Source of the DNA: Candidatus Nitrosotenuis sp.
GTDB taxonomy: Archaea; Thermoproteota; Nitrososphaeria; Nitrososphaerales; Nitrosopumilaceae
Direction: 5' to 3'
Length of the DNA stretch: 37,522 bases
NCBI GenBank assembly: GCA_038869175.1
Contig: JAWCRP010000001.1
Coordinates: 1 to 37,522, forward strand
Shown: positions 36,572 to 37,522 of the stretch, one piece after another
Layout of the letters: each line of letters begins with the position of its first letter
Numbering within the stretch: position 1 is the first letter of the stretch
Notes under the pieces: model-generated
What the model was told of the DNA's origin: nothing
The model's input: the letters and a program-made list of their open reading frames with translations, nothing else
Database searches by the model: none
Program-made: the position numbers and the translations under genes

Positions 36572-37492
36572 TTAGTATCTTGGGAAGATGCTAAGTCGTG
36601 TTCTTGCCGTAACTGCAATTATGGATATAATTGCCACTGCAAGAATTATTACTGCTATTGTGCCAAATTCTGGAACTGCCCAAGTACCAATTATCTCAAT
36701 TTGTGTTGCACCCTGTGTGAAGAATATCTCGACCGTTCTTGACATGTTGTCTTTTCCGATCTCGATAAAGTCCGCCTCATCATCATTTACTAGTATGATG
36801 AATGGTGTATCTCCTGTCGTAGATTCTGATCTCAAAACACTCTTTGGAATTGTAAGAGCGATTGAGCCGTCGGTGCGTGCGTCAATATTCAACACAATTG
36901 ATTTCGTCTCGCTGTCTACAGTAGCGCTCCTTACGGTTGCGCCAAATACCTCATATGGCAGACAGTATACATTGCCACCTTGGATTGCTTTCACCATGAG
37001 CTCGTTTGTTTTACACTGAGCTGTCGGCGATGTGATTCCCGGTCCTCCAACCATCTCGACGATTACTTTGTCGTTGATCTGTTGTGGGCCATACTGTGCG
37101 CGTATGGTGTATTTGCCGTCTTGTTTGAAGAGCGGTCCTGATGTGATGAATGCTGTTTCGAATGTGTTGTCGCTAGCAATTGCAACTTGTCTTACCGTCA
37201 CAAGGTTGTTCTGTGGACCGTACACTGTGATTGTGACTGGTGAGTCTGCCCTCAGATTTGCGACAGAGCCGAAGACTCGTATCTCAGACCCATAGTCATA
37301 TACTGTCTTGTCTGTCTTTACCTGTATTGGAAGACTGGCCTTCTTGATCAACTCCGCTTTGTAGTAGATATCATCACTACCACAGTCCGGACACGGTTGC
37401 TGGTCAATGAAGGATGCATAAGCTGGTACTATTGCTAGCATGCCTGCTGCAGCCATTATGGCAATTAGCACTGATAGTGCGTAATTATTCAT
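36572..37492 (-). CDS. PEFG-CTERM sorting domain surface protein
   Basis: C-terminal IEIIGTWAVPEFG plus TM helix and basic tail; signal peptide ending PAYA. Confidence 0.9.
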   Translation of the reverse strand: MNNYALSVLIAIMAAAGMLAIVPAYASFIDQQPCPDCGSDDIYYKAELIKKASLPIQVKTDKTVYDYGSEIRVFGSVANLRADSPVTITVYGPQNNLVTVRQVAIASDNTFETAFITSGPLFKQDGKYTIRAQYGPQQINDKVIVEMVGGPGITSPTAQCKTNELMVKAIQGGNVYCLPYEVFGATVRSATVDSETKSIVLNIDARTDGSIALTIPKSVLRSESTTGDTPFIILVNDDEADFIEIGKDNMSRTVEIFFTQGATQIEIIGTWAVPEFGTIAVIILAVAIISIIAVTARTRLSIFPRY

Positions 37493-37522
37493 CTTGATTG
37501 GCGATTAGAGTACTGACTATTT

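Overview
This is a compact archaeal window whose gene content points to an ammonia-oxidising archaeon (Nitrososphaerota/Thaumarchaeota). The markers are PEFG-CTERM and CFI-box-CTERM surface proteins, an S-layer-protein paralogue and many TTG-initiated genes. Positions 1-16.3 kb are housekeeping: the conserved rpoN-eno-rps2-MEMO-mvk-ipk-idi-GGPPS-gltX string, tRNA-Leu(GAG), translin, nnrE, an MBL hydrolase, cobT, glmS, rps4 and rps13. Positions 16.3-37.5 kb are rich in metal, cofactor and cell-surface genes. They include an AAA+/vWA/wHTH operon, a two-domain multicopper oxidase plus ZIP transporter operon preceded by tandem TTAG-N6-CTAA palindromes, a CDF transporter with three C-terminal domains, and a B12-radical SAM enzyme of the GDGT-modifying (Grs-like) type. 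They also include a VIT1 transporter with a palindromic operator, a larB-mdh / larC-larE-cysteine desulfurase nickel-pincer locus with no larA in the window, and four surface proteins sharing one Ig-like module. I saw no CRISPR array, rRNA or mobile element. All family assignments come from reading motifs by eye; no database search was run.
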